From IMG/VR virus record IMGVR_UViG_3300034349_000020, positions 1 through 24,846 of that record: a DNA stretch of 24,846 nt. The stretch is one strand, 5' to 3'. The DNA is from a virus. Its lineage: Duplodnaviria > Caudoviricetes. The notes beneath the pieces were generated by a model. The model made no database searches and was not told the origin of the DNA. It was given only the letters and a program-made list of their open reading frames with translations. Each line of letters starts with the position of its first letter. Position 1 is the stretch's first letter. This document shows, in pieces, positions 1 through 7,744 of the stretch. The position numbers and the translations under genes were made by a program.

Positions 1-66
1 CTGCGAGACCTCCACGCGATTGGCGCAACGTTCAACCCCTCCGACCTGACATGGGTGCTCCAATGA
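1..66 (+). CDS. 3' end of an upstream gene (partial; ...LRDLHAIGATFNPSDLTWVLQ*)
   Basis: Frame is open from base 1 to TGA 64-66, which overlaps ATG 63 of the next gene (ATGA coupling). Confidence 0.5.
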   Translation: MRDLHAIGATFNPSDLTWVLQ

Positions 67-461
67 TCGTCCCCCTCGCGTTCGACATGCCGCTCAGGAC
101 CGCCAGCGGCTGCAACAACCGCGAGCACCACTTCGCGCGAGCCTCACGCGTCAAGCGGGAGCGGGCGATGACCGCCAGCCACCTGGCCCTGCAGGGCTAC
201 CAGCGGCTCGCCTGGTTGCGCGAGGCCCTGCCCCTGCGCATCACGCTCACTCGAGTCTCGCCGAGGGCGAAGTGGTTGCCCCTGAAGCGCTGCTGGCAGA
301 GCTGCGACGACGACGCGGTGCCGGCGGCCCTCAAGGGGGTGCGCGACGAGATCGCCGCCTGGCTGGGGCTGGATGACGGGGACGAGCGGCTGTCGTTCGT
401 GTACTCGCAGGACAAGGGACGCGCGCGCGCCGTCCGCGTGCGAATCGAGGCGCTCCGATGA
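63..461 (+). CDS. RusA-like Holliday junction resolvase/endodeoxyribonuclease
   Basis: N-terminal P-x4-SGCNNREH, RITLTRV strand, DDDAVPAALKGVRD...GLDD acidic/Lys pattern and C-terminal VRVRIE resemble the RusA family. Start placed at ATG 63 (ATGA overlap) rather than 51. Confidence 0.7.
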   Translation: MIVPLAFDMPLRTASGCNNREHHFARASRVKRERAMTASHLALQGYQRLAWLREALPLRITLTRVSPRAKWLPLKRCWQSCDDDAVPAALKGVRDEIAAWLGLDDGDERLSFVYSQDKGRARAVRVRIEALR

Positions 462-955
462 GCGACGGTCTTGAGCTTGCGCCTGTCACGCTGAGGGCTG
501 CGATTCGGTTCTGCCGAGAGGTCCACCGGCGACGCCCGGCCGTGCAGGGAGCCCTGTGGGCCGTCTCCGCCACGAGGGGTGGGCAGATTGTCGGCGTCGC
601 GATTGTCGGCCGTCCGTGTCGCCTACTCGACCGGCAGGGCGTTCTGGTTGTCTCGCGAGTCGCCGTCGCAGAAGGAGACAAGAGCGCGTCGGGTCACAAG
701 GGAGCCTGCTCGATGCTGTACGCGTCGGTATCCAGAGCCGCGCGAGCGATGGGCGCAACGGCCCTGTTCACGTACACGGACGCAGACGAGCCCGGGACAT
801 CTCTCAAGGCCGCAGGCTGGGTGATGGACGGGGAGACGGCGGGAGGAGAGTGGAGCCGACCATCTCGTCAGCGCTCGCTCGCGATCTGCTCAGGCGAAAA
901 GCACCGGTGGCGCTCCGGGTGGTCAATTCCAATGGCCGAGGTGAACCGTGATTGA
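458..955 (+). CDS. XF1762-family protein (Mom-like/GNAT-fold putative DNA-modifying acyltransferase)
   Basis: Motifs VTLRAAIRFCREVHR, IVGVAIVGRP, VSRVAV, GACSMLY, AMG...TYT..DEPGTSLKAAGW are characteristic of XF1762-family phage proteins. ATGA overlap with the upstream gene. Confidence 0.8.
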   Translation: MSDGLELAPVTLRAAIRFCREVHRRRPAVQGALWAVSATRGGQIVGVAIVGRPCRLLDRQGVLVVSRVAVAEGDKSASGHKGACSMLYASVSRAARAMGATALFTYTDADEPGTSLKAAGWVMDGETAGGEWSRPSRQRSLAICSGEKHRWRSGWSIPMAEVNRD

Positions 956-1205
956 CCCTGACGACGCAGCAGAGGCGTTTGAAGGCAGGCTCCTTGGTCT
1001 GTCAGGGGAGAACAAGCAGCTCCGCGTCGTGGCCCAGGTTCTTGGAGCGACAATCGACCGGCTGCGCGGCGAGAACCAGCGACTTGGCGCGACCATCGAC
1101 CGGATGGAGCGCGAGCTCCACGACCAGGGGCTCGAACTCGCCCAGGCGCAGCACCTGCTCGCTCGCCTCCCGAGGATCGTCCGGCAGGTCCTGTTCGATG
1201 GCTGA
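948..1205 (+). CDS. Hypothetical coiled-coil protein (85 aa)
   Basis: GTG start preceded by GAGGTG. Heptad-like L/E/R/Q-rich sequence with duplicated LGATIDR. Confidence 0.7.
   Translation: MIDPDDAAEAFEGRLLGLSGENKQLRVVAQVLGATIDRLRGENQRLGATIDRMERELHDQGLELAQAQHLLARLPRIVRQVLFDG
1041..1103 (+). repeat. 42-nt-period intragenic tandem duplication (LGATIDR x2)
   Basis: cttggagcgacaatcgaccgg at 1041-1061 and cttggcgcgaccatcgaccgg at 1083-1103. Confidence 0.75.
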
Positions 1206-1479
1206 GTGCTCGGTCGCCGGGTGTGGGCGCGCCGCTGCCAGGGCCGGCCTGTGCTGGCGCCACTTCGACCGCTCCAGAGGGCGCCACTACCGAGGCACGG
1301 CGCTGGCCGCCCTCGCCCCCCTGCGCAAGTACCGGGACCTGGATTCCGTGCGCGAGGCCGCCCTGGCCTACGCCGACGCGGACTCCCAGGAGGACTTCCA
1401 GGTGGCTCGGGAGCGGCTCAAGACCGCCCTGAGGGACTGGGCTGGGCTCAGGCAAGTGGTAAAGGGTCAACGAGGGTAG
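1198..1479 (+). CDS. Small CCCH zinc-finger protein (93 aa)
   Basis: ATG 1198 overlaps the end of the previous gene. Begins MAECSVAGCGRAAARAGLCWRHF (C-x4-C-x9-C-x2-H), a finger common in phage proteins, followed by a helical C-terminal part. Confidence 0.75.
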   Translation: MAECSVAGCGRAAARAGLCWRHFDRSRGRHYRGTALAALAPLRKYRDLDSVREAALAYADADSQEDFQVARERLKTALRDWAGLRQVVKGQRG

Positions 1480-1500
1480 GCGGGCTGATGCTCGTCTCGT
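1456..1500 (+). promoter_or_regulatory. Putative phage late promoter, copy 1 (GTGGTAAAGGGTCA-N16-TGATGCT-N3-CTCGT)
   Basis: Three blocks are identical to those at 23983-24026. It lies directly before terS, and the G of CTCGT is the first base of the terS GTG. Confidence 0.7.
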
Positions 1501-2014
1501 GCTCACTCCTCGAAAGCGGCAGTTCGCCAAGGAGTACCTCGTCGACCGCAACGCCCTTCAGGCTGCGCGGCGATGTGGGTATTCAGCGAAGACCGCGGGG
1601 AGCCAGGGCAGTCGACTGCTGAAGGATGTTGATGTCCGGGCACTTATCGACAAGGCGGTCGACAGGGTGTCCGCCAAGCTCGAGCTCAAGGCCGAGGACG
1701 TCCTCCGGGTTCTTCAGCGCGGGCTGACGTTCGACCCCTCCAGGCTGTTCGGTCCTGACGGCGAGCTGCTGCCCATCGACCAGATGCCCGAGGACGTCCG
1801 CTGCAACCTGGTGGGCCTCAAGACCCTCGACGTGAAGGCCGACGGGAAGACCACCGGGAGCCTCCGCGAAGTGAAGTGGACTCCGCCCATGGAGGCCGCC
1901 AAGGAGGCCGCCAAGCACCTGGGGCTCTACAAGCCCGAGAGGGTCGAGGTCGAGACGGGCCCGAACCTCTCCGGACTCCTGGCCCTGGCCGCTCAGCGCA
2001 GGGGGTCGAAGTGA
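1499..2014 (+). CDS. terS: Terminase small subunit
   Basis: LTPRKRQFAKEYLVDRNALQAARRCGYSAKTAGSQGSRLL is a classic Terminase_2 HTH N-terminus. C-terminal AKHLGLY. Immediately upstream of terL. Confidence 0.93.
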   Translation: MLTPRKRQFAKEYLVDRNALQAARRCGYSAKTAGSQGSRLLKDVDVRALIDKAVDRVSAKLELKAEDVLRVLQRGLTFDPSRLFGPDGELLPIDQMPEDVRCNLVGLKTLDVKADGKTTGSLREVKWTPPMEAAKEAAKHLGLYKPERVEVETGPNLSGLLALAAQRRGSK

Positions 2015-3603
2015 TCTCATCCCTCCTGCTCGCCCTGGCGCTCGCCGTCACCCCTCCAGCTCCCGCGGTGGGCGCCACTGTGCCCGGGTTCGATCCGGTT
2101 CAGGCGCCCCTCGCCGGTGGGCCCCCGCTCACTCCCGAGGACGAGGCAGCCGTTGACGCGCTGGCCTCCTGGATTGACGACCCGGTCAAGTTCGTCCGAG
2201 ACAACTTCGCCGCGGAGCCGGACGCCTGGCAGGTGACCGCGCTCGAGGCCGTGGCGCGCAGCCCGCGAGTGGCCCTGAACGCCTGCAAGGGCCCAGGGAA
2301 GAGCTGCGGCGAGGCGTGGGCGATCCTGTGGTTCCTCGCGACCCGCGTGGACGCCCAGGTCATCTGCACCAGCATCACCGCCGACAACCTCCGGGACGGG
2401 CTCTGGAAGGAGCTGGCCCTCTGGCACAGCAAGAGCCCGTTCCTCCAGCGCTGCTTTGACGTCCGCGGCGAGCGTATCGTCTCCCGCGAGCGCCCGAAGA
2501 CGTGGTGGGTGAGCGCCCGCTCCTGGTCTCAGAGCGCCGACCCTACCAAGCAGGCATCCACCCTCGCCGGCTTCCACGGTCGGCACATCCTCATCGTGCT
2601 CGACGAGGTGGGCAGCTACCCCGAGGGCGTGTTCGCCGCGGCGGAGGCCATCTTCGCCAACGAGCACTGCGACGAGGCCAAGCTCCTCGTGGGCGGCAAC
2701 CCCGAGTCCGTCGACGGGCCGCTCTACCGCATCGCCTCGAAGGACCGGGCCCGGTGGGTTGTCATCCATGTCACCGGAGACCCCGACGACCCCAAGCGCT
2801 CCCCTCGCATCTCGATCGTCTGGGCTCAGCAGCAGATCGACGACTGGGGCCGCGACAACGACTGGGTTCGCGTCAACGTCCTCGGCCTGTTCCCCAAGGT
2901 CTCGAGCGACAAGCTCCTGGGCCCCGACGACATCACCCTCGCCGAGAAGCGCACCGTCAGCGATGCGGACTACCTCTGCGAGCCCATCATCTTCGGCCTC
3001 GACGTGGCGCGCTTCGGCAGCGACCGATCGGTGCTCTACAAGCGCCAGGGTCCGGTGCTCTTCACGCCCGACGTGTGGCGCGGCCTAGACGGCAACCAGC
3101 TCGGGGACCGCGTGGCGGTGATCCTGGGTCGGCAGTCTCGCCGGCCTGACGCCGTCTTCGTCGACGCCGGGGGCCCGGGCGCGTCAGCGGTGGACCGGCT
3201 CCGACACCTCGGCTGGGGTGACATCCTCCTGCCCATCGACTTCGGGGGAAGCGCCCTCGACACCAAGTTCGCCAACCTCAAAGCCGAGATGGCCTGGAAG
3301 GCCGCGGACTGGGTCAAGAAGCTCGGCTGCCTGCCCCAGGGCGACGGCGAGCTGGCCTCCGAGCTGTGCGCTCCGAAGATCAGGTTCAAGACCGTGGGCA
3401 AGCGGACCGTCTTCGTCCTCGAGTCGAAGGAGGAGCTCAAGGCGCGCGGCGTCCCGTCCCCCGACAAGGCCGACGCGCTGGGCCTCACGTTCGCCGCTCC
3501 TGTCGCCCCACTGTCCGCCGCTGAGCGCCAGGCCCGGGCCCTCGGAATCGACACCAACAAGGTGCTGTCGGACTTCGACCCTCTCGGAGGCTCCAATGGG
3601 TAG
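2011..3603 (+). CDS. terL: Terminase large subunit
   Basis: PDAWQ adenine-binding motif, Walker A ACKGPGKS, Walker B ILIVLDE, coupling motif GNP, nuclease motifs GLDVARFGSDRS, FVDAGG and SPDKADAL. GTG 2011 overlaps the terS stop (GTGA). Confidence 0.95.
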   Translation: MISSLLLALALAVTPPAPAVGATVPGFDPVQAPLAGGPPLTPEDEAAVDALASWIDDPVKFVRDNFAAEPDAWQVTALEAVARSPRVALNACKGPGKSCGEAWAILWFLATRVDAQVICTSITADNLRDGLWKELALWHSKSPFLQRCFDVRGERIVSRERPKTWWVSARSWSQSADPTKQASTLAGFHGRHILIVLDEVGSYPEGVFAAAEAIFANEHCDEAKLLVGGNPESVDGPLYRIASKDRARWVVIHVTGDPDDPKRSPRISIVWAQQQIDDWGRDNDWVRVNVLGLFPKVSSDKLLGPDDITLAEKRTVSDADYLCEPIIFGLDVARFGSDRSVLYKRQGPVLFTPDVWRGLDGNQLGDRVAVILGRQSRRPDAVFVDAGGPGASAVDRLRHLGWGDILLPIDFGGSALDTKFANLKAEMAWKAADWVKKLGCLPQGDGELASELCAPKIRFKTVGKRTVFVLESKEELKARGVPSPDKADALGLTFAAPVAPLSAAERQARALGIDTNKVLSDFDPLGGSNG

Positions 3604-3850
3604 CGCCTACGCAGGCAACAGGCAGAAGGTCCAGAACGCCGCCCTCCAGTCTGACTTCGAGAAGGCGCAGGCCGCGACCGCTCCGAAGGACCCCGTGCCG
3701 CCCGCCGCCCCCGACCTCACCGACGAGGTCGTGAAGAAGGCTCGCCAGGCCGCGCTGCAGCGCCAGCAGAGCGCCCAGGGCCAGCGCAGCACCTTCCTCA
3801 CCGGCCCCCGCGGACTCGCCACCCCGCCCAAGACGCTCCTCGGAGGATGA
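3596..3850 (+). CDS. Small virion-associated protein preceding portal (84 aa)
   Basis: ATG 3596 with GGAGG RBS at 3586-3590. C-terminal RSTFLTGPRGL...KTLLGG is typical of the small pre-portal gene in BPP-1/T7-like podoviruses. Confidence 0.8.
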   Translation: MGSAYAGNRQKVQNAALQSDFEKAQAATAPKDPVPPAAPDLTDEVVKKARQAALQRQQSAQGQRSTFLTGPRGLATPPKTLLGG

Positions 3851-3851
3851 C

Positions 3852-5564
3852 CTGAACCCCATCCGCCAGCGCTACCTCGACCGGCACCAGCAGCTCAAGG
3901 ACGTCCGCGCGCCCTACATGGCGCTCTGGCGCGAGCTGGCGGAGCAGTTCCTGCCCTTCGCGGCCAGGTTCACCACGGGCGAGTCCCAGGGGCGAGGAGC
4001 GGTCAAGCGGAACGACAAGATCATCAACTCGGCGCCCGTGCGCGCCACCAGCGTTTGCCGCTCCGGCCTCGTTGCCGGCGTGACATCCCCCGCCCGTCCG
4101 TGGTCGAGGCTCCGGCGCGAGGGCTACCAGTCCGGAGTCGAGGAGGGCCACGAGTCGAAGACCTGGATGCGCAAGGTCGACGAGACGATGCGGGACCTGT
4201 TCTCGGGCTCGAACGTCTACACGGCCCTCAACGAGCTGTACGACTTCTGCGTCTTCGGGACCTCGTGCGTCTACGTGGGCGAGGACCTGAAGGACGGCAT
4301 CCGCTGCACCAACTACCCGCTCGGGAGCTACTGCCTCGACCAGGACAAGACCCAGCGGATCGACACGGTCTATCGCGAGTTCACGATGAGCACCGCGCAG
4401 ATGGTCGAGATGTTCGGCCTGAGCGCCTGCTCGAGCGCGGTGCAGGAGCAGTACAAGGCCAACAAGCTCTCCGAGCAGCACACCGTCCTCTTCGCCGTCG
4501 AGCCCAACCGCGACCTGGTGCGCGGCCGCCTCGACCGCAGCGGGATGCCCTGGCGCTCGGTCTGGCTCCAGCTCGACGGCGGGGACGGCATCCTCCGAGA
4601 GGGCGGCTACCACGAGTTCCCCTTCCTCGTCGCGCGCTGGGGAGTCACCGGCGAGGACGTGTACGCCAGCCAATGCCCTGGCATCGACGCCCTGGGCGAC
4701 GCCAAGCAGCTCCAGAAGCTCGAGCGCGACAAGCTCCAGGCGTTCACCCTCGCCGTTCGACCTCCGATGGTCGGCCCGTCGAGCATGCGCCAGGTCTCGC
4801 TGCTGCCCGGGTCGGTCACCTACAACGACAGCCCCACCTCCCGTTTCGAGGCGGCGGTGAGGATCGACCCGTCCGTCCTCCAGGCGTTCGCCAACGAGAT
4901 CGCCATCGTGACCAGGCGGATCGACGAGCTCTTCTACGTCACGCTCTGGCTGATGATCTCCGGGGACAGCCGGAGTCAGCCCGCCACCGCCGAGGAGATT
5001 CGAGCCAAGCAGGAGGAGAAGATGCTCCAGCTCGGCCCCACCCAGGACAAGCTCCAGGCCGAGGTGGTGGAGCAGCTGGTCGACCGCGCCTTCGGAATCA
5101 TGGCCCGTGGCGGCATGCTCCCTCCTCAGCCGGACGAGCTGCGCGGCCAGAAGCTCGCCGTCCAGCACACCTCGCTCCTGGCGCAGGCACGGAAGCTCCT
5201 GGAGACCGCGCCCATCGAGCGCTTCGCCTCCTTCGGGCAGGTGGCCGCCCAGACCGACAACACCATCCTCGACCGGATCGACGGCGACAAGATGCTGCGG
5301 GCATACGGCGAGGCGCTCAGCATCGCCCCCGACCTCATGCGGTCCGACGACGAGGTCGCCGCCATCCGCGACGGTCGCCAGCAGCAGCAGCAGGCGCAGG
5401 CGCAGGGCGAGGCGATGCTCGCCGCCACCCAGGGCGCCAAGAACCTGGCCCAGTCCCCGATGGACCAGGACAACGCGCTCAACCGCACCTTGGGCGCCCT
5501 CGGGCCCGGGGCACTCACCGCAGGCACTGGCGTGGGCGAAGTCGGCCCGCTGGGAGGCGTCTAG
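3852..5564 (+). CDS. Portal protein (head-to-tail connector, T7 gp8/Bbp21-like)
   Basis: WRELAEQFLP, SGLVAGVTSPARPW, SNVYTALNELY, FGTSC, IDTVYREF, VARW, ALGDAKQLQ, TAEEIRAKQEEKMLQLGP. Portal-like sequence extends upstream of ATG 3918. Start is uncertain; CTG 3852 lies 5 nt after GGAGG. Confidence 0.93.
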   Translation: MNPIRQRYLDRHQQLKDVRAPYMALWRELAEQFLPFAARFTTGESQGRGAVKRNDKIINSAPVRATSVCRSGLVAGVTSPARPWSRLRREGYQSGVEEGHESKTWMRKVDETMRDLFSGSNVYTALNELYDFCVFGTSCVYVGEDLKDGIRCTNYPLGSYCLDQDKTQRIDTVYREFTMSTAQMVEMFGLSACSSAVQEQYKANKLSEQHTVLFAVEPNRDLVRGRLDRSGMPWRSVWLQLDGGDGILREGGYHEFPFLVARWGVTGEDVYASQCPGIDALGDAKQLQKLERDKLQAFTLAVRPPMVGPSSMRQVSLLPGSVTYNDSPTSRFEAAVRIDPSVLQAFANEIAIVTRRIDELFYVTLWLMISGDSRSQPATAEEIRAKQEEKMLQLGPTQDKLQAEVVEQLVDRAFGIMARGGMLPPQPDELRGQKLAVQHTSLLAQARKLLETAPIERFASFGQVAAQTDNTILDRIDGDKMLRAYGEALSIAPDLMRSDDEVAAIRDGRQQQQQAQAQGEAMLAATQGAKNLAQSPMDQDNALNRTLGALGPGALTAGTGVGEVGPLGGV

Positions 5565-5918
5565 ATGGGCGCCATCAACGAGAACACCCAGGGTGCCCTG
5601 CGCAAGCTGCAAGCCCGCCGCGAGCGCCAGGGGCTCGAGGACCTCCGCGGGGTGCTCTCCACTCCCGGCGGTCGGCGGGTGGTCCACGCCCTGATCTCCA
5701 CCCTCCAGAACCACGGAGGGCCCATCTGGCGTCAGGGGGCCGAGGTCCACTGCACCACTGCCCTGCACGACACCGGGACCAATCTCGAGCGCCAGTGCCG
5801 AGAGGCCGCCCCCGAGCTGTTCCGCGCTCTTCGACACGAGGCCATCGAGGCCGAGGTCGAGGAGGAGCAGGTCCGACTCCACGCTTCTGGCTCCACCACC
5901 GAGGTTGACGATGGCTGA
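5565..5918 (+). CDS. Bbp19-like phage protein
   Basis: EDLRGVLSTPGGRRVV motif and PELFRAL..E; located between portal and scaffold. Confidence 0.75.
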   Translation: MGAINENTQGALRKLQARRERQGLEDLRGVLSTPGGRRVVHALISTLQNHGGPIWRQGAEVHCTTALHDTGTNLERQCREAAPELFRALRHEAIEAEVEEEQVRLHASGSTTEVDDG

Positions 5919-6612
5919 CACCACTCCCGCGCCGGTCCCCCCAGCCGCGGGCGGCACCACCCCAGCACCTGCAGCGGCTCCGGTCACCCCCGCGCCGACG
6001 ACGATGCTGGGCACCACTCCTGCGGCTCCTCCGGCCGTAGGCGACACCAGCAAGAACGATGCGACCAAGGACGGCAGCAAGGGCGGTGAGACTCCGAAGG
6101 GCGAGCCGGCGAAAGCCAACGAGGCAGCCCCCGCGGAGATCGCCATCAAGCTCCCGGATGGGGTCGTGGCGGACAAGCCGTTGATGGATGGATTCATCGC
6201 GCTGGCGAAGGAGTCCGGTCTGAAGGGCGAGTCCGCCCAGAAGATCGCCGACCTCTACGTCCAGGCGCAGGCCAGCCAGGCAAAGGCCGCCGAAGAGGCG
6301 CACGCGAAGCAAGTCGCGGCGTGGGCCGAGGAGGTCAAGGCCGACAAGCAGATCGGCGGAGCCTCGCTCGACGCGTCGATGGCTGTGGCCTCGCGGGCGG
6401 TGGCGCAGTTCGGCTCGCCGGAGCTCAAGGAGCTGCTCAACTCGAGCGGCCTCGGGAACCACCCGGCGCTGGTGCGGGCCTTCGTGAAGATCGGAAGGGC
6501 GATCTCGGAGGACTCCATCGCGGGAGCCGTTGGCGGAGGGAAGGCCGAATCCTCCGACGAGTCCCTCCTCCGGGGGCTCTACCCCAACAGCCCGGGCCTG
6601 TTCACCAAGTAA
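5911..6612 (+). CDS. Capsid assembly scaffolding protein
   Basis: Pro/Ala/Thr-rich N-terminus, IKLPDG, AKESGL..ESAQK, D.QIGG, GLGNHPALVRAFVKIGRAISED, LYP C-terminus. Directly precedes the MCP. GAGGT RBS before ATG 5911. Confidence 0.88.
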   Translation: MADTTPAPVPPAAGGTTPAPAAAPVTPAPTTMLGTTPAAPPAVGDTSKNDATKDGSKGGETPKGEPAKANEAAPAEIAIKLPDGVVADKPLMDGFIALAKESGLKGESAQKIADLYVQAQASQAKAAEEAHAKQVAAWAEEVKADKQIGGASLDASMAVASRAVAQFGSPELKELLNSSGLGNHPALVRAFVKIGRAISEDSIAGAVGGGKAESSDESLLRGLYPNSPGLFTK

Positions 6613-6653
6613 GCAGTCCAACCCCCATCCGAAGCTGAAAGGAAGCAACGACA

Positions 6654-7667
6654 ATGACCACCACCGTACTCAACTCGTCGATGCCCACGCTCTTGGACCT
6701 GGTAAAGCGCCAGGACCCCAACGGCGCCCAGGCGAAGATCATCGAGGTCCTCACCTCGCGCAACCCGATGCTCGAGGACATGGCCTGGCGCGAGGGCAAC
6801 CTCACCACCGGGCACCGCGTCACCAGCCGCACCTCGCTCCCGAGCCCAACCTGGCGCCGCATCAACGAGGGTGTCGGCGTGACCAAGAGCACCACCGGCC
6901 AGGTCGACGAGTCCTGCGGGATGATGGAGGGCTACAGCGCCGTCGACGCCGAGCTCGTCCGCCTCAACGGGGGCGCCGGCTTCCGGGCCACCGAGGATGC
7001 CGCGTTTATCCAGGCGTTCAACAACGAGCTGGCGACCGGGGTGATCTACCACTCCACCCACACCGCTCCCGAGAAGATCCAGGGTCTCGCCGCGCGGTAC
7101 AGCTCCACCACCTGCGCCGCCAAGAGCCAGATCGTCCTGTCGGACGCCGCGGCCGACGGCAGCGACAACACCAGCGTGTGGTGCGTTTGCTGGGGCGAGG
7201 GCGGGGTCTACGGCATCGTCCCCAAGGGCATGCCCGGCGGTCTCCAGCACAAGGACCTGGGCGAGCTGGCCTGGGACGCCTCCGACAGCACTGCGGCGGC
7301 CCCCAAGAAGTTCCAGGCGTTCGTCTCGCACTGGCAGATGCGGGCGGGCCTCGTGGTCGAGGACTGGCGCCAGGCTGCGCGCGTCGGCAACATCGACGTC
7401 GCCAAGCTGGTGTCCGATGCGGCCACCGGGTCGGACCTCGTCGACTCGATGATCCGCGCGTACCACAAGATCGGCAACCCGAACGCCGGTCGGATGTGTT
7501 GGTACGTCAACCGCACCGTCGCCACCTACCTGCACCTGCAGGCGCTGGCGAAGTCCAACAGCACCATCACCGTCGAGACCATCGCGGGCAAGCCGGTGAC
7601 CACGTTCCTCGGGGCGCCGGTCCGCACCACCGACGCGATCACCGACGCCGAGGACGCCCTGGTCTAG
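6654..7667 (+). CDS. Major capsid protein (Bbp17-like)
   Basis: PTLLDL.KR.DPNG, IIEVL...NPMLEDM.W.EGN..TGH, LPSPTWRRINEGV, DWRQAARVGNID, FLGAPVRTTDAI...E. 337 aa with very strong codon bias. Confidence 0.93.
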   Translation: MTTTVLNSSMPTLLDLVKRQDPNGAQAKIIEVLTSRNPMLEDMAWREGNLTTGHRVTSRTSLPSPTWRRINEGVGVTKSTTGQVDESCGMMEGYSAVDAELVRLNGGAGFRATEDAAFIQAFNNELATGVIYHSTHTAPEKIQGLAARYSSTTCAAKSQIVLSDAAADGSDNTSVWCVCWGEGGVYGIVPKGMPGGLQHKDLGELAWDASDSTAAAPKKFQAFVSHWQMRAGLVVEDWRQAARVGNIDVAKLVSDAATGSDLVDSMIRAYHKIGNPNAGRMCWYVNRTVATYLHLQALAKSNSTITVETIAGKPVTTFLGAPVRTTDAITDAEDALV

Positions 7668-7697
7668 TCCGCAGCAGCTCAACCCAACCAACCTGAT

Positions 7698-7726
7698 GGA
7701 CCGAGGGCTGAAAGGCCCTCCGGTCC
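7698..7726 (+). other. Intergenic RNA hairpin after major capsid gene
   Basis: ggaccg-agggc/tgaaag/gccct-c-cggtcc: 11-bp stem with one bulge and no U-tract. Confidence 0.6.
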
Positions 7727-7744
7727 GGAAAGAGAAGAGAAGCA

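Noticed and set aside
952-1197. N-terminal extension of the zinc-finger ORF (952 start)
   Set aside because: Overlaps the better 948-1205 gene. The Zn-finger protein starts naturally at ATG 1198.
1876-2010. Longer TerL start given by the ORF track
   Set aside because: Lies inside terS and gives off-frame-like sequence. GTG 2011 has the GTGA coupling typical of this genome.
4055-5908. 617-aa alternative-frame + strand ORF, and similar R/P/G-rich ORFs such as 2502-3149, 6530-7696, 20150-21076
   Set aside because: Arg/Pro/Gly-rich off-frame translations expected at high GC. The annotated frame keeps its codon bias there, unlike at 19757-19960.
7693-7731. Hammerhead ribozyme-like look (CTGATG...stem...GAAA)
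   Set aside because: Core reads CUGAUGG rather than CUGANGA, GAAA is out of register with the stem, and stems I and III could not be formed.
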